This document shows, piece after piece, positions 1 through 8,183 of a DNA stretch of 64,000 bases (position 1 is its first letter; every line of letters begins with the position of its first letter). This DNA is from an uncultured Pseudomonadota bacterium (GTDB lineage Bacteria > Myxococcota_A > UBA796 > SXON01). The notes under the pieces are model-generated. The model searched no databases. It had not been told where the DNA came from and saw only the letters and a program-made list of their open reading frames with translations. The DNA lies in the NCBI GenBank assembly GCA_903891165.1, contig CAITDR010000289.1, positions 2,278 through 66,277 of the forward strand, in the 5' to 3' direction. The position numbers were made by a program, and so were the translations under genes.

Positions 1-395
1 GTCACATCCAGCTTCTGCACGCCGTACTTCTGCAGCAGGTGCACCGCCTGGGAGTCGGCCTCCGAGTACATGGCCACCAGCACATTCACGCCGCGCACCT
101 CGGTTTTGCCTGAGGATTGCACGTGGCCAGCGGCACGGGAGAGGATGCGCTGGAAGGCGCGGGTCTGAGCCGGCTCCTCCACATCCTCCACTTTCTCCAG
201 TGTGGCGAAGAAGCTATCCAATTCCTTCTCCAGCTTCTTCAGATCTACACCACAGGCTTCCAGGCACTCCGCCGAGCTGGGATCGGTGAGCAGTGCATAG
301 AGCACATGCTCCAAGGTCAGGAATTCATGCTGCCGCTCCCGTGCAACCTCCACAGCGAGGTTCAGGGCGATGATCAGCTCTTTGGAGAGAGTCAT
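1..395 (-). CDS. clpA: ATP-dependent Clp protease ATP-binding subunit ClpA, N-terminal part only (gene runs off the left edge)
   Basis: Absent from the ORF track because it is truncated. The reverse complement from ATG (393-395) reads MTLSKELIIALNLAVEVARERQHEFLTLEHVLYALLTDPSSAECLEACGVDL...FQRILSRAAGHVQSSGKTEVRGVNVLVAMYSE. This is the double Clp_N repeat and is collinear with the E. coli ClpA N-terminus. It lies directly downstream of clpS. Confidence 0.9.
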   Translation of the reverse strand, partial: MTLSKELIIALNLAVEVARERQHEFLTLEHVLYALLTDPSSAECLEACGVDLKKLEKELDSFFATLEKVEDVEEPAQTRAFQRILSRAAGHVQSSGKTEVRGVNVLVAMYSEADSQAVHLLQKYGVQKLDV

Positions 396-501
396 TTCAA
401 AACTCCGTTGCGCCGGGGACAGGACGCAGACCTTACAGGAATATCCACCGGGGGGCCGTCGGCTACCCTCCGAATGGGCGGTTCAAAAAACGATGCACCT
501 G

Positions 502-873
502 CTATTCTGGCTCGGTGGTGGCCAGGAGCGGATAGCCCGCCGCACGGGCGTATTCGATGGCCATATTTGCCTTCTCTTCCGCAATTTCACGGGTATATAC
601 CCCCGCAATGCCCTTCCCGGCGTTGTGCACCAGGAGCATGATGCGTGTGGCCTCCACCCGGCTCTTCCGGAAGACCTGCATCAGCACTTCCACCACAAAC
701 TCCATGGTGGTGAAGTCGTCGTTATGCAGCAACACCTTGAAAAGACGCGGTTTTTCTACCCGCTCCTTGACGTCTGCGCCTGAGGATTCACGGGTTCCTG
801 GCCCCCCCGGAGGGGCTTTGGGCGGCTTGGGTGGCTGGTCGGGCGGATCGGTGGGGCCGAGGTGTGGACACAT
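502..873 (-). CDS. clpS: ATP-dependent Clp protease adaptor ClpS
   Basis: ORF 502..873 with ATG at 871-873. The core PRLFKVLLHNDDFTTMEFVVEVLMQVFRKSRVEATRIMLLVHNAGKGIAGVYTREIAEEK matches the ClpS signature. The N-terminal tail is Pro-rich. Canonical clpS-clpA order. Confidence 0.9.
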   Translation of the reverse strand: MCPHLGPTDPPDQPPKPPKAPPGGPGTRESSGADVKERVEKPRLFKVLLHNDDFTTMEFVVEVLMQVFRKSRVEATRIMLLVHNAGKGIAGVYTREIAEEKANMAIEYARAAGYPLLATTEPE

Positions 874-948
874 CCGAGCAAGGTAATCCCCGAAGGTCGC
901 TGTGGAAAGTTCTGTCTGCTTTCCGTTGTCACCACGGGTCCCAAAGGG

Positions 949-986
949 GAAAAAAAGAAGAAGGGAGGCCGAAACCTCCCTTCTTT
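949..986 (-). terminator. Rho-independent terminator downstream of tRNA-Gly
   Basis: On the minus strand: GAAGGGAGG-TTTCGG-CCTCCCTTC, extendable to an 11-12 bp stem, followed by TTCTTTTTTT. It sits between the tRNA 3' end (992) and the clpS start (873). Confidence 0.7.
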
Positions 987-991
987 CAGTG

Positions 992-1067
992 TGGAGCGGG
1001 CGACGAGACTCGGACTCGCGACATCAAGCTTGGGAAGCTTGTGCTCTACCAACTGAGCTACACCCGC
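992..1067 (-). tRNA. tRNA-Gly (anticodon CCC), 76 nt, CCA encoded
   Basis: The reverse complement folds as a cloverleaf: GCGGGTG TA GCTC AGTTGGTA GAGC A CAAGC TTCCCAA GCTTG ATGTC GCGAG TCCGAGT CTCGT CGCCCGC T CCA. Anticodon loop is TT-CCC-AA. G18 G19 and G53-C61 are present. The T-loop reads T54-C55-C56 rather than T-T-C (see findings). Confidence 0.9.
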
Positions 1068-1196
1068 AGTGGTCAGGAATGTAACGAAGCAATCCGGAGC
1101 CTGCAAGGCGATGCCCGGCGAATTTTCCGGGACGCATGGCGCTCCGGCGGGTGTCTATGCTTCAGGCGGGATAAAGCTGTGTCTCGCCCTCCTTCT

Positions 1197-4100
1197 ATGT
1201 CCAAAGCCCGCCGCCGCCGCTACATCTGGAGCCTGCCTGTCGTCCTGGTGGCGGGTACGCTACTCTTTTTGCGTACCGACGTGGCCGCCCGACTGGGACG
1301 CCAGTTGTTAGAGCAGATTTTAGAACAGCGCCTGGGCGAAGACTTTACGATCGGTCGCTTGTCCATCGAGTATTATCCGCTTCGTATCGGTGTAGTCGGT
1401 CTGGTCATCACCCATGCGGGGACAGGCGACACCATTGCCGTGGTTAAGGAACTCTCAGCGACGGCGGGGATGGAGGGCTGGCGGCCGATACTCCGGCGGG
1501 TGGAGATCCTGGATCCGGTGGTACATCTGCACCTGGACAAGGAGGGACTGCGCGAGTTCCGAGCCTTGAAGCGGGACCCAAACCGGGTGCCGACTCCACC
1601 GGCATCACGTTTGCCCTGGGAGGAGCTGCTGATCAGCGGGGGGGCCTTCCGCCTGGAAGCTCCCGATGCTGAACTGGGCCTGAATGGTATCTTTGTCAGC
1701 CCAGACGGGCCGGATCGCCTGGACATGGTGATCGGCTATGCGACGGTGACCGCCGGCCCCCTCACCCAGCATGCCTCAGGGGTGGTCTTTGAGAATGTGG
1801 TGCTGACCCCCCAGCGGCTGGTGCTGCCTTCGATCCGGCTGCGGACCGAGGCGATTGTGATCGAAGGTTCGTTGGCTGGTCAGCCCGGAGCCCAGGTTCA
1901 TGGGGATCTTTCCGTGGGAGTTGAGCTGCCGGCTCTGATGTTGGGGCTTGGGCATCCCGGGAAGGCCGATGGGAGGCTGGACCTGGATCTTTCCATCGAC
2001 GGCCCCTTCAGTCATCCTGGCCTGGGCGGTGTACTCTCGGGCAGCGGGTTGGCCTTGACTCCGGGTCCGGGCAAACACCACCGCTTTGGCGATGTTGTTG
2101 CTCCCTTTGAGATCGTACTTCCGGGGGAGGGAGAGGTGGGCTATGGCAGGATCTACGACCTTTCCTGGCCCTTTGCCACCGGCCGGGTGGATGCGGAGGC
2201 CCGCTACGATCTGGGCAGCCGCCTGCTGACCGCCACCGTGCGCGGGGAGAGTGTGGATCTGGCGACAATTCTGTCGGAAGTTGGCGTTGCCCCTACTCCC
2301 TGGGTGACCTTTGACGGTGATCTGGAGGCGACCCTGGTCGGCACGCTCTCCCCTCTTCGCCTGGAAGGTCCGTTGAAGGTGGCGATTCAGGATCTTTGGG
2401 TGAAATCCGGGCCGGTGCGCTCCAATGCGTCGATGGTCCTGGACATCCCCAAGGCCTGGCTGGAAGGCAGTGTCAAGCTGGATTCTGAGCACCTGATCTT
2501 TGTGGGGGACCACATCGTAAGTGGGCGGAGCCGGGGGCGGGCCTCGGCTTCCATCGGCATCGCGGGGAACACAAGACTGGTGGTAGATGCTGATTTTCCT
2601 GCCTTAGACCTTTCGATTCTCCAGCCTTTGGGAGGGGCGGGTTTGGGTGGGATGGCGGAGCTACACGGTCGCCTGGAGGGGCACTATGGTACGCTGTCCG
2701 CCCAGAGTAGCCTCCAGATTAAAGGGGCGCAGGTCCTTGGTTTTCCCATCGCCGATCAGCTCACGACCACGCTCATCAGCCCCGACCTCAAGCGGCTAAG
2801 ATTCCCGGACGCTCAGGCCCTGCGTGGAGACACCAGCTGGTCCGGGGTGGTGGAGATCGGCTTTCCGTCCACGGGGATGACCCTGGGTACCGGCATCGAT
2901 CTGCAGGGTCGCCTGCGTGATATCACCTCGATCTTCGCCGATCTGGGCGATCTGGACGGAGACATCGCCGGGCGGGTGGATCTGGCGGGAGAGGTCTATC
3001 ACCTGGACGGTGGCGGGCGGATGACACTTCGGAATGTAGGCCTGTATGGCGAACATTTTCTGGAAGGGCGCGCGATAGGCTGGATGCGGGATGGTCGCTT
3101 CTCCCTTGAAGAATTGCTATTGACGCGTCCAGGGAACCCTTCAGAGTCGCTTTTGGCGCACGGGAGTATCGGGGACGGCTGGAAGATGAACCTGGGGCTG
3201 CTCTGGGATGGGGCCACGCTGCAGAGCCTGGACCACCTGCGGACGCGTGATCTGCCGGTGGAGGGCAGGTTGATGCTGGATGCCCAGGTAGGAGGTACCC
3301 TTTTTGAGCCCGAACCACGGGGGCGACTGGAGCTGACCGATCTGCTCTGGCAGCGCCATCCGCTGGAGGACTCGCTGGTGGAGTTCCATACGGAAGCGGG
3401 CGTGCTTGGTTGGGAGGGATCCCTGGTAGGCAATAGCCTGGAAACGACAGGTACACTGGGACTTTGGGACGAGCAACCCTACCGGCTGCGGGGGCAGCTT
3501 GACGAGTTCCCCTTGGATGTCTTTTATCCCGAGGCGGCCGATGGCAAGCCGGTGCGGGCGCGGCTCTCGGGGGAGGTGGGTTTAGGGGGCTTCTTCGGGG
3601 ACAATCCGACACCGGTGGACATCGTCGCCAGCCTGCCGGGGGTGGATTTTTCCTGGGACGGCCACCACCTCACCGCACCAGAGCCCTGGTCTTTTGAGGT
3701 CCACGGCCGCTCGGTCCTAGTCCGCTCGCTGAGTCTCGCGGAGCCCGCTCGGGGAGATCATCCACCTTCACGCTTCTCTTTTTCAGGGGAAGCCCTGGCG
3801 AATGGTCGGGTAGATTTTGTGGGAGAGGGCAGCCTGGACCTGGACCTGATCCGCGCGGTGGCGCCGGGAATTCAGGAGGCGGAAGGTGCGGTTCCCGTGA
3901 AGCTCCGGCTTAGCCGGGCGCCGGGAGAGGAGGCCATCCGCAGTGTGGCCTCGGGCCGTCTCCAGAATGCCTACCTGGATACCGAGTATTTTCCGGCTCC
4001 TTTCGAGAAAGTGGTCGCGACCATTGAGGCCACCCCCGAGCAGTGGGCCATTCGCGACTTCCGGGCTACGGTGGGTGGGGGAACGGTCACTTCGGAGTTG

Positions 4101-5150
4101 AGCACGATCGGTGCGGAAAATTGGTGGCCGGTGCGCTTCTCGCTGAATGCGGTGGCCCGGTCGGCGCGGGTGCAGTACCTGGACTACCTGCCTCCGATGC
4201 TGGCCGATGCGGAGCTTTTCTTTGACGGTCCAGTGGACTCTTTGCTTCTTTCAGGGAAAATTCGCATCCTTGACATGCAATTCCGCGAGCGGGTGGACTG
4301 GGAGAGCACGGTGCTGTCGCTGCAAGCCGACTACCTGACCGACACGGCGCCGGAGGAGTCCAAGGCCTGGTTCGGCATGGATCTTTCTGTGGACGCAGAA
4401 GAAACCGTTCACCTGCGCAACAATGTGGCCGATGCCGATGCCAGTGCCGCACTACGCATTGTTGGTGACACCGCCCGACCAGGAATGACCGGCGAAATCC
4501 GTATGGTTCCCGGAGGTCGGGTCTACCTCCAGGATCGGGAATTTGAAGTCGCCCGTGGCGAGCTGCGCTACTTGGACCCCTACAGCTTCGACCCGGATCT
4601 CGATATCGAGCTGAATACCGAGATATCCTCGCAAGACCAGGACTATCGTATCCGCTACCTGGTCTCCGGCCCCTTCTCGGACTGGAGCACCACAGCATCA
4701 AGTGACCCCGGATTGTCGCAGGCCGACATCAATGCGCTGTTGCTCTTCGGCGTGACCCGGGAGGAGATGGAGCGGGGTGGCTACGGCAACCTCGGGACGG
4801 CGCTGGCTGTCGAGACGGGGGGGCTGCTCTCCGCCAGCCTGGCCTCGGCCAACCCCACGGCGGCGGTTCTGGACCGCTTCATCAACCGTTGGACCTTGGT
4901 AAGTGGGGTGACCGAACGGGGTAGCAAGACGGTGAGCAACGAACCCCGGCTGGTGGCGGAGTCCAGCCAGATCGGCGGCTTCACCTTTACCGGCGAATTC
5001 TCCTTCGGGGGGGACTGGTATGTGTCGGTGGAACGCCGGATTGCCAGCCGTCTCTATGCGGCTGCCTACGCGACCACCGATCAGGTCGGTCGCTCCATGC
5101 CCTTCGCCGCGGTAGGAACCGAGTTCAAGTTCCGTTTTGAGGGAGACTGA
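1197..5150 (+). CDS. tamB: TamB-like translocation/assembly module protein (AsmA-like, DUF490-type C-terminus), 1317 aa
   Basis: ORF 831..5150 trimmed to ATG 1197, because the upstream part overlaps the tRNA and its terminator. Signal-anchor is MSKARRRRYIWSLPVVLVAGTLLFL, followed by a long beta-rich body. The C-terminal block GEIRMVPGGRVYLQDREFEVARGELRYLDPYSFDPDLDIELNTE...YRIRYLVSGPFSDW...QADINALLLFG is typical of the TamB C-terminal domain. Confidence 0.8.
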   Translation: MSKARRRRYIWSLPVVLVAGTLLFLRTDVAARLGRQLLEQILEQRLGEDFTIGRLSIEYYPLRIGVVGLVITHAGTGDTIAVVKELSATAGMEGWRPILRRVEILDPVVHLHLDKEGLREFRALKRDPNRVPTPPASRLPWEELLISGGAFRLEAPDAELGLNGIFVSPDGPDRLDMVIGYATVTAGPLTQHASGVVFENVVLTPQRLVLPSIRLRTEAIVIEGSLAGQPGAQVHGDLSVGVELPALMLGLGHPGKADGRLDLDLSIDGPFSHPGLGGVLSGSGLALTPGPGKHHRFGDVVAPFEIVLPGEGEVGYGRIYDLSWPFATGRVDAEARYDLGSRLLTATVRGESVDLATILSEVGVAPTPWVTFDGDLEATLVGTLSPLRLEGPLKVAIQDLWVKSGPVRSNASMVLDIPKAWLEGSVKLDSEHLIFVGDHIVSGRSRGRASASIGIAGNTRLVVDADFPALDLSILQPLGGAGLGGMAELHGRLEGHYGTLSAQSSLQIKGAQVLGFPIADQLTTTLISPDLKRLRFPDAQALRGDTSWSGVVEIGFPSTGMTLGTGIDLQGRLRDITSIFADLGDLDGDIAGRVDLAGEVYHLDGGGRMTLRNVGLYGEHFLEGRAIGWMRDGRFSLEELLLTRPGNPSESLLAHGSIGDGWKMNLGLLWDGATLQSLDHLRTRDLPVEGRLMLDAQVGGTLFEPEPRGRLELTDLLWQRHPLEDSLVEFHTEAGVLGWEGSLVGNSLETTGTLGLWDEQPYRLRGQLDEFPLDVFYPEAADGKPVRARLSGEVGLGGFFGDNPTPVDIVASLPGVDFSWDGHHLTAPEPWSFEVHGRSVLVRSLSLAEPARGDHPPSRFSFSGEALANGRVDFVGEGSLDLDLIRAVAPGIQEAEGAVPVKLRLSRAPGEEAIRSVASGRLQNAYLDTEYFPAPFEKVVATIEATPEQWAIRDFRATVGGGTVTSELSTIGAENWWPVRFSLNAVARSARVQYLDYLPPMLADAELFFDGPVDSLLLSGKIRILDMQFRERVDWESTVLSLQADYLTDTAPEESKAWFGMDLSVDAEETVHLRNNVADADASAALRIVGDTARPGMTGEIRMVPGGRVYLQDREFEVARGELRYLDPYSFDPDLDIELNTEISSQDQDYRIRYLVSGPFSDWSTTASSDPGLSQADINALLLFGVTREEMERGGYGNLGTALAVETGGLLSASLASANPTAAVLDRFINRWTLVSGVTERGSKTVSNEPRLVAESSQIGGFTFTGEFSFGGDWYVSVERRIASRLYAAAYATTDQVGRSMPFAAVGTEFKFRFEGD

Positions 5151-8100
5151 GTGGGGACGGCCTTGGGCATACTCCTGGGACTGCTCTGGGCAGTCCACCC
5201 GGCCGCTGCGGAAGATCCACCGACGGGCGAAGCCGTGGTCGATCCCGTACTTTATACCGGCCGGCGGGTGCTTTCGCGTTCGCTGGTGGCGCCGTTAGGG
5301 GGGCTGCCCGACGAGGACCTGGAGCCGCTGCTGCGGGTGCAGCAGGATGGGCTCTATTCTCCCCAGGATGTACGCCAGGATATCGCGACGCTCACCCGTG
5401 TGGGTGACTTCGCGCAGGTCGAGGTGCTGGTGGAGCCCTGGGTGCAGCCCGGTCCCAACGGGGAACCTGAGGAAGGGGTCTATGTGACCTATCAGGTCTA
5501 CCCGCCGCCCCGACTGGAGCGCCTTTGGGTGGAAGGGAACCGGGCCATCGGAAAGGCCACGTTGCAGCGGCTTGCGGGCTTGGAGACGGGGCAGATCTTT
5601 TTCCCGGAGCAGGCGGCGGTGGTCCAGCAACGTATCACGGAGGCCTATGTCGAAAAAGGATGGGTAGACGCCGTGGTTCAGGTCAGTAGCTCTCAAAGTA
5701 CCGACCGGAAGGTTCAGCTCAAGGTCCGCGTGCAGGAGGGAGAGCCGCAGCGCACAAGCCACGTCGAAGTACGCCGTCGGGACGCATTGAGCCGTACGCG
5801 GGTGCGCCTGCTGCTGTGGAAGAATGGCATTTTTGTTGGGCGTCCATACAAAGATTCGGCATTACATGCCCTGGAAGAGGATCTGAAGGATGCTCTTTTG
5901 AAGAAGGGCTACTATGCCTCGCGGGCGCGGGTGACTCCGGTAAAAGAGGGGGCGCTCACTGAGCTGGTGGTGGTGCTCAACCCTCAGCGCCGCTACTACA
6001 TTCATCGGGAAGGAAGAGGACTTCCACCGAAAGCGGAGATCGTGAGTAGCCTGCGCCTGCAAGAGGGGGCGCTGCTATCGCGCTCCTTCGCCGCCGACGC
6101 TGCGGAACGTCTGGAAGCAAAATTGCATGAACGTGGCTATGCAGAGGCTTCCATCAAGGTAGCTCTCCACGAGGGCGAGGGACGTGTGGATCTGGAGGTG
6201 CGGGGTAGTCGCGGCCCGGCCTTCCGCTTGGGACACAGCACCTGGACTGGAACACCCCAGCGTAGTCCTGCCTTTTTGCGGGGGGCCCTGCGGGAAGCCA
6301 GCCCCAAGTTGCTGCAGGTGGGGCAGGCGACAAGAGGAGGGGTGGAGGATGCGCTGTTGGTGCTGCGGGAATACTATCGTTCCCAGGGCTTTTTGTCGGC
6401 GCAGCTCCAGCTGGAGCGCTACGAGCCGGGCCCGACACACTGGGTACCCCTGCGCGGTCAGGTGCGCCGGGTGGCTCTGGAAGTCAAGGTAGATCCTGGA
6501 CCTCAGGCGATGCTGATGGATGCGCGCGCGGAGGGGGGTGACCTGGATGTGTCCGCACTTTTGAACCCTCTTGTGGGTCAACCTTTGAATCCTTCGGCCA
6601 TGGATGAACGCTGTAGACTGATCGCACAGCGCTATCAGGAGGCAGGCTATCTGGAGGCAGATGCCCGTGCACAAACGACGGTCAGTGGCGATGGCTCAGA
6701 GGCCAGCGTGGTGGTGCAGGTGGTGCCCGGCCCGCAGGTCTATCTGCGTTCGGTGCTGATTTCCGGCTACCAGCGCACCCGTCGGCTGGTGATCGAGCGG
6801 GAAATCCCGCTTGGACCTGGAGATATCTTGTCACCTAGCGCGGTGTCCGAGATCCGGCGGCGGCTGTACCAACTGGATGTGTTTTCTCGCGTAGATGTGG
6901 GGGTTGTCGGGGACGAAGATCGTATCAAGGATATGGTGGTGCATGTGGAGGAGCGGCCTAACCTCTATGCGGAGGCGGGAGGCAGTGCCGCCACCGATCA
7001 GGGGGTGCAGTTCTTTGGAAGGGCAGGTCATCGTAACCTTTTTGGCCTGGGCCATCGCCTCACCTTTTTGGGGCAGGCCGGTCTGGGCTGGCGCGGGGAC
7101 GGCTGGACCCTGGACAGCACGACGGTGGAGTGGCGCGCGGCCGCCCGCTACGAGGCGCCGGACGTGCCCACGCCGGGCGAGCAGCTTGCGGGAGATCTTC
7201 TGTTCAACGCCCAGGATCAGGAACGGTGGTTTCGGCTGGGGCGCTCGGGTCTTGCGCTCAGTCTGAGGCTGTCTCTGGGTGGAAGATCCACGGCAGAGCT
7301 TGCCTATCGGCTTCAGGTCCGGCGGCTTCTGGACGCAGATCCGGCCCTGCTCATCGAGGGGGACCCATGGCGGGCGATTATGGGCCTGGATCGCGGGCTT
7401 CCGGTCGCCTTTCCCAGCGGGCAGCGTGCCCAGTCGGGTCTGGCGCTGTCGCTGTTGCTGGACTTCCGGGATGATGCCTTCAACCCCCGGAAAGGGGTGG
7501 CCGCCTCGGCGGAGGTGGTGGTCTCCGACGGGCTGGGCAGTATGTTGATGGTGGACGCGCCCGATGCCCCGGCCTGGCTGCGCGCGGAGGCGACACTATC
7601 TGGTTATGTACCGTTGGGAAAGTTGGGATTGCTTCTACGCCTGCGGGGGGGCACCTCATTTGTGGGGGGTGAGGGAACGCTGCCGGTGGAGGAGCGCTTT
7701 CGCCTGGGCGGTGGTTCCAACCTGCGCGGTTTTGATCTGGATGGCGTTGGACCTGCCAATCTCTCAGAGCCGGGCGACATTCCCTATCCGCCCTCGTTGG
7801 AGCCGCTGATTGCCTGGGCCAGCCGGAACGAGCAGCGCTGGGTGCCGACGGGAGGCGATAGCCTGGGACTGGCCAGTATCGAGTTGAAGATTCCGCTGGA
7901 TGCCCTTGGATTTCGATCTCTTTCTTCCTGGCAAGTGGCGCTTTTTTCCGATGTGGGCAACACCTGGTTTCTCAAAAAGCAGATCGTGACCGACTCGGCG
8001 CGGGCCGGGCTGGAGCCACTCCTGCGCTATTCGGTGGGCTTCGGGGTGCGGCGCGCTACTGTGGTCGGTCCGATCCAGCTTGATCTTGGCTTCAACCCCA

Positions 8101-8183
8101 GCCCGGTCGAAGCTTTTGGGGAGGCCGGCATCCTTCCCTTTCTTCCGCCGATGCGACTGCACCTGTCGCTGGGAGCCCTGTGA
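5151..8183 (+). CDS. Omp85-family outer-membrane protein (BamA/TamA-like) with an unusually long POTRA region, 1010 aa
   Basis: GTG 5151 immediately follows the tamB-like TGA (5148-5150). Signal peptide is MGTALGILLGLLWAVHPAAA. About 580 periplasmic residues of POTRA-like repeats precede a D15/Omp85 barrel (RPNLYAEAGGSAATDQGVQFFGRAGHRNLFGLGHRL...ERFRLGGGSNLRGFD...GFGVRRATVVGPIQLDLGFN). Confidence 0.8.
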   Translation: MGTALGILLGLLWAVHPAAAEDPPTGEAVVDPVLYTGRRVLSRSLVAPLGGLPDEDLEPLLRVQQDGLYSPQDVRQDIATLTRVGDFAQVEVLVEPWVQPGPNGEPEEGVYVTYQVYPPPRLERLWVEGNRAIGKATLQRLAGLETGQIFFPEQAAVVQQRITEAYVEKGWVDAVVQVSSSQSTDRKVQLKVRVQEGEPQRTSHVEVRRRDALSRTRVRLLLWKNGIFVGRPYKDSALHALEEDLKDALLKKGYYASRARVTPVKEGALTELVVVLNPQRRYYIHREGRGLPPKAEIVSSLRLQEGALLSRSFAADAAERLEAKLHERGYAEASIKVALHEGEGRVDLEVRGSRGPAFRLGHSTWTGTPQRSPAFLRGALREASPKLLQVGQATRGGVEDALLVLREYYRSQGFLSAQLQLERYEPGPTHWVPLRGQVRRVALEVKVDPGPQAMLMDARAEGGDLDVSALLNPLVGQPLNPSAMDERCRLIAQRYQEAGYLEADARAQTTVSGDGSEASVVVQVVPGPQVYLRSVLISGYQRTRRLVIEREIPLGPGDILSPSAVSEIRRRLYQLDVFSRVDVGVVGDEDRIKDMVVHVEERPNLYAEAGGSAATDQGVQFFGRAGHRNLFGLGHRLTFLGQAGLGWRGDGWTLDSTTVEWRAAARYEAPDVPTPGEQLAGDLLFNAQDQERWFRLGRSGLALSLRLSLGGRSTAELAYRLQVRRLLDADPALLIEGDPWRAIMGLDRGLPVAFPSGQRAQSGLALSLLLDFRDDAFNPRKGVAASAEVVVSDGLGSMLMVDAPDAPAWLRAEATLSGYVPLGKLGLLLRLRGGTSFVGGEGTLPVEERFRLGGGSNLRGFDLDGVGPANLSEPGDIPYPPSLEPLIAWASRNEQRWVPTGGDSLGLASIELKIPLDALGFRSLSSWQVALFSDVGNTWFLKKQIVTDSARAGLEPLLRYSVGFGVRRATVVGPIQLDLGFNPSPVEAFGEAGILPFLPPMRLHLSLGAL

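Noticed and set aside
831-1196. The N-terminal 122 codons of the 1439-aa ORF 831..5150, which would extend the TamB-like protein.
   Set aside because: This stretch runs antisense through the tRNA-Gly gene and its terminator. It has no signal-anchor character. The ATG at 1197 gives a textbook basic-then-hydrophobic TamB N-terminus.
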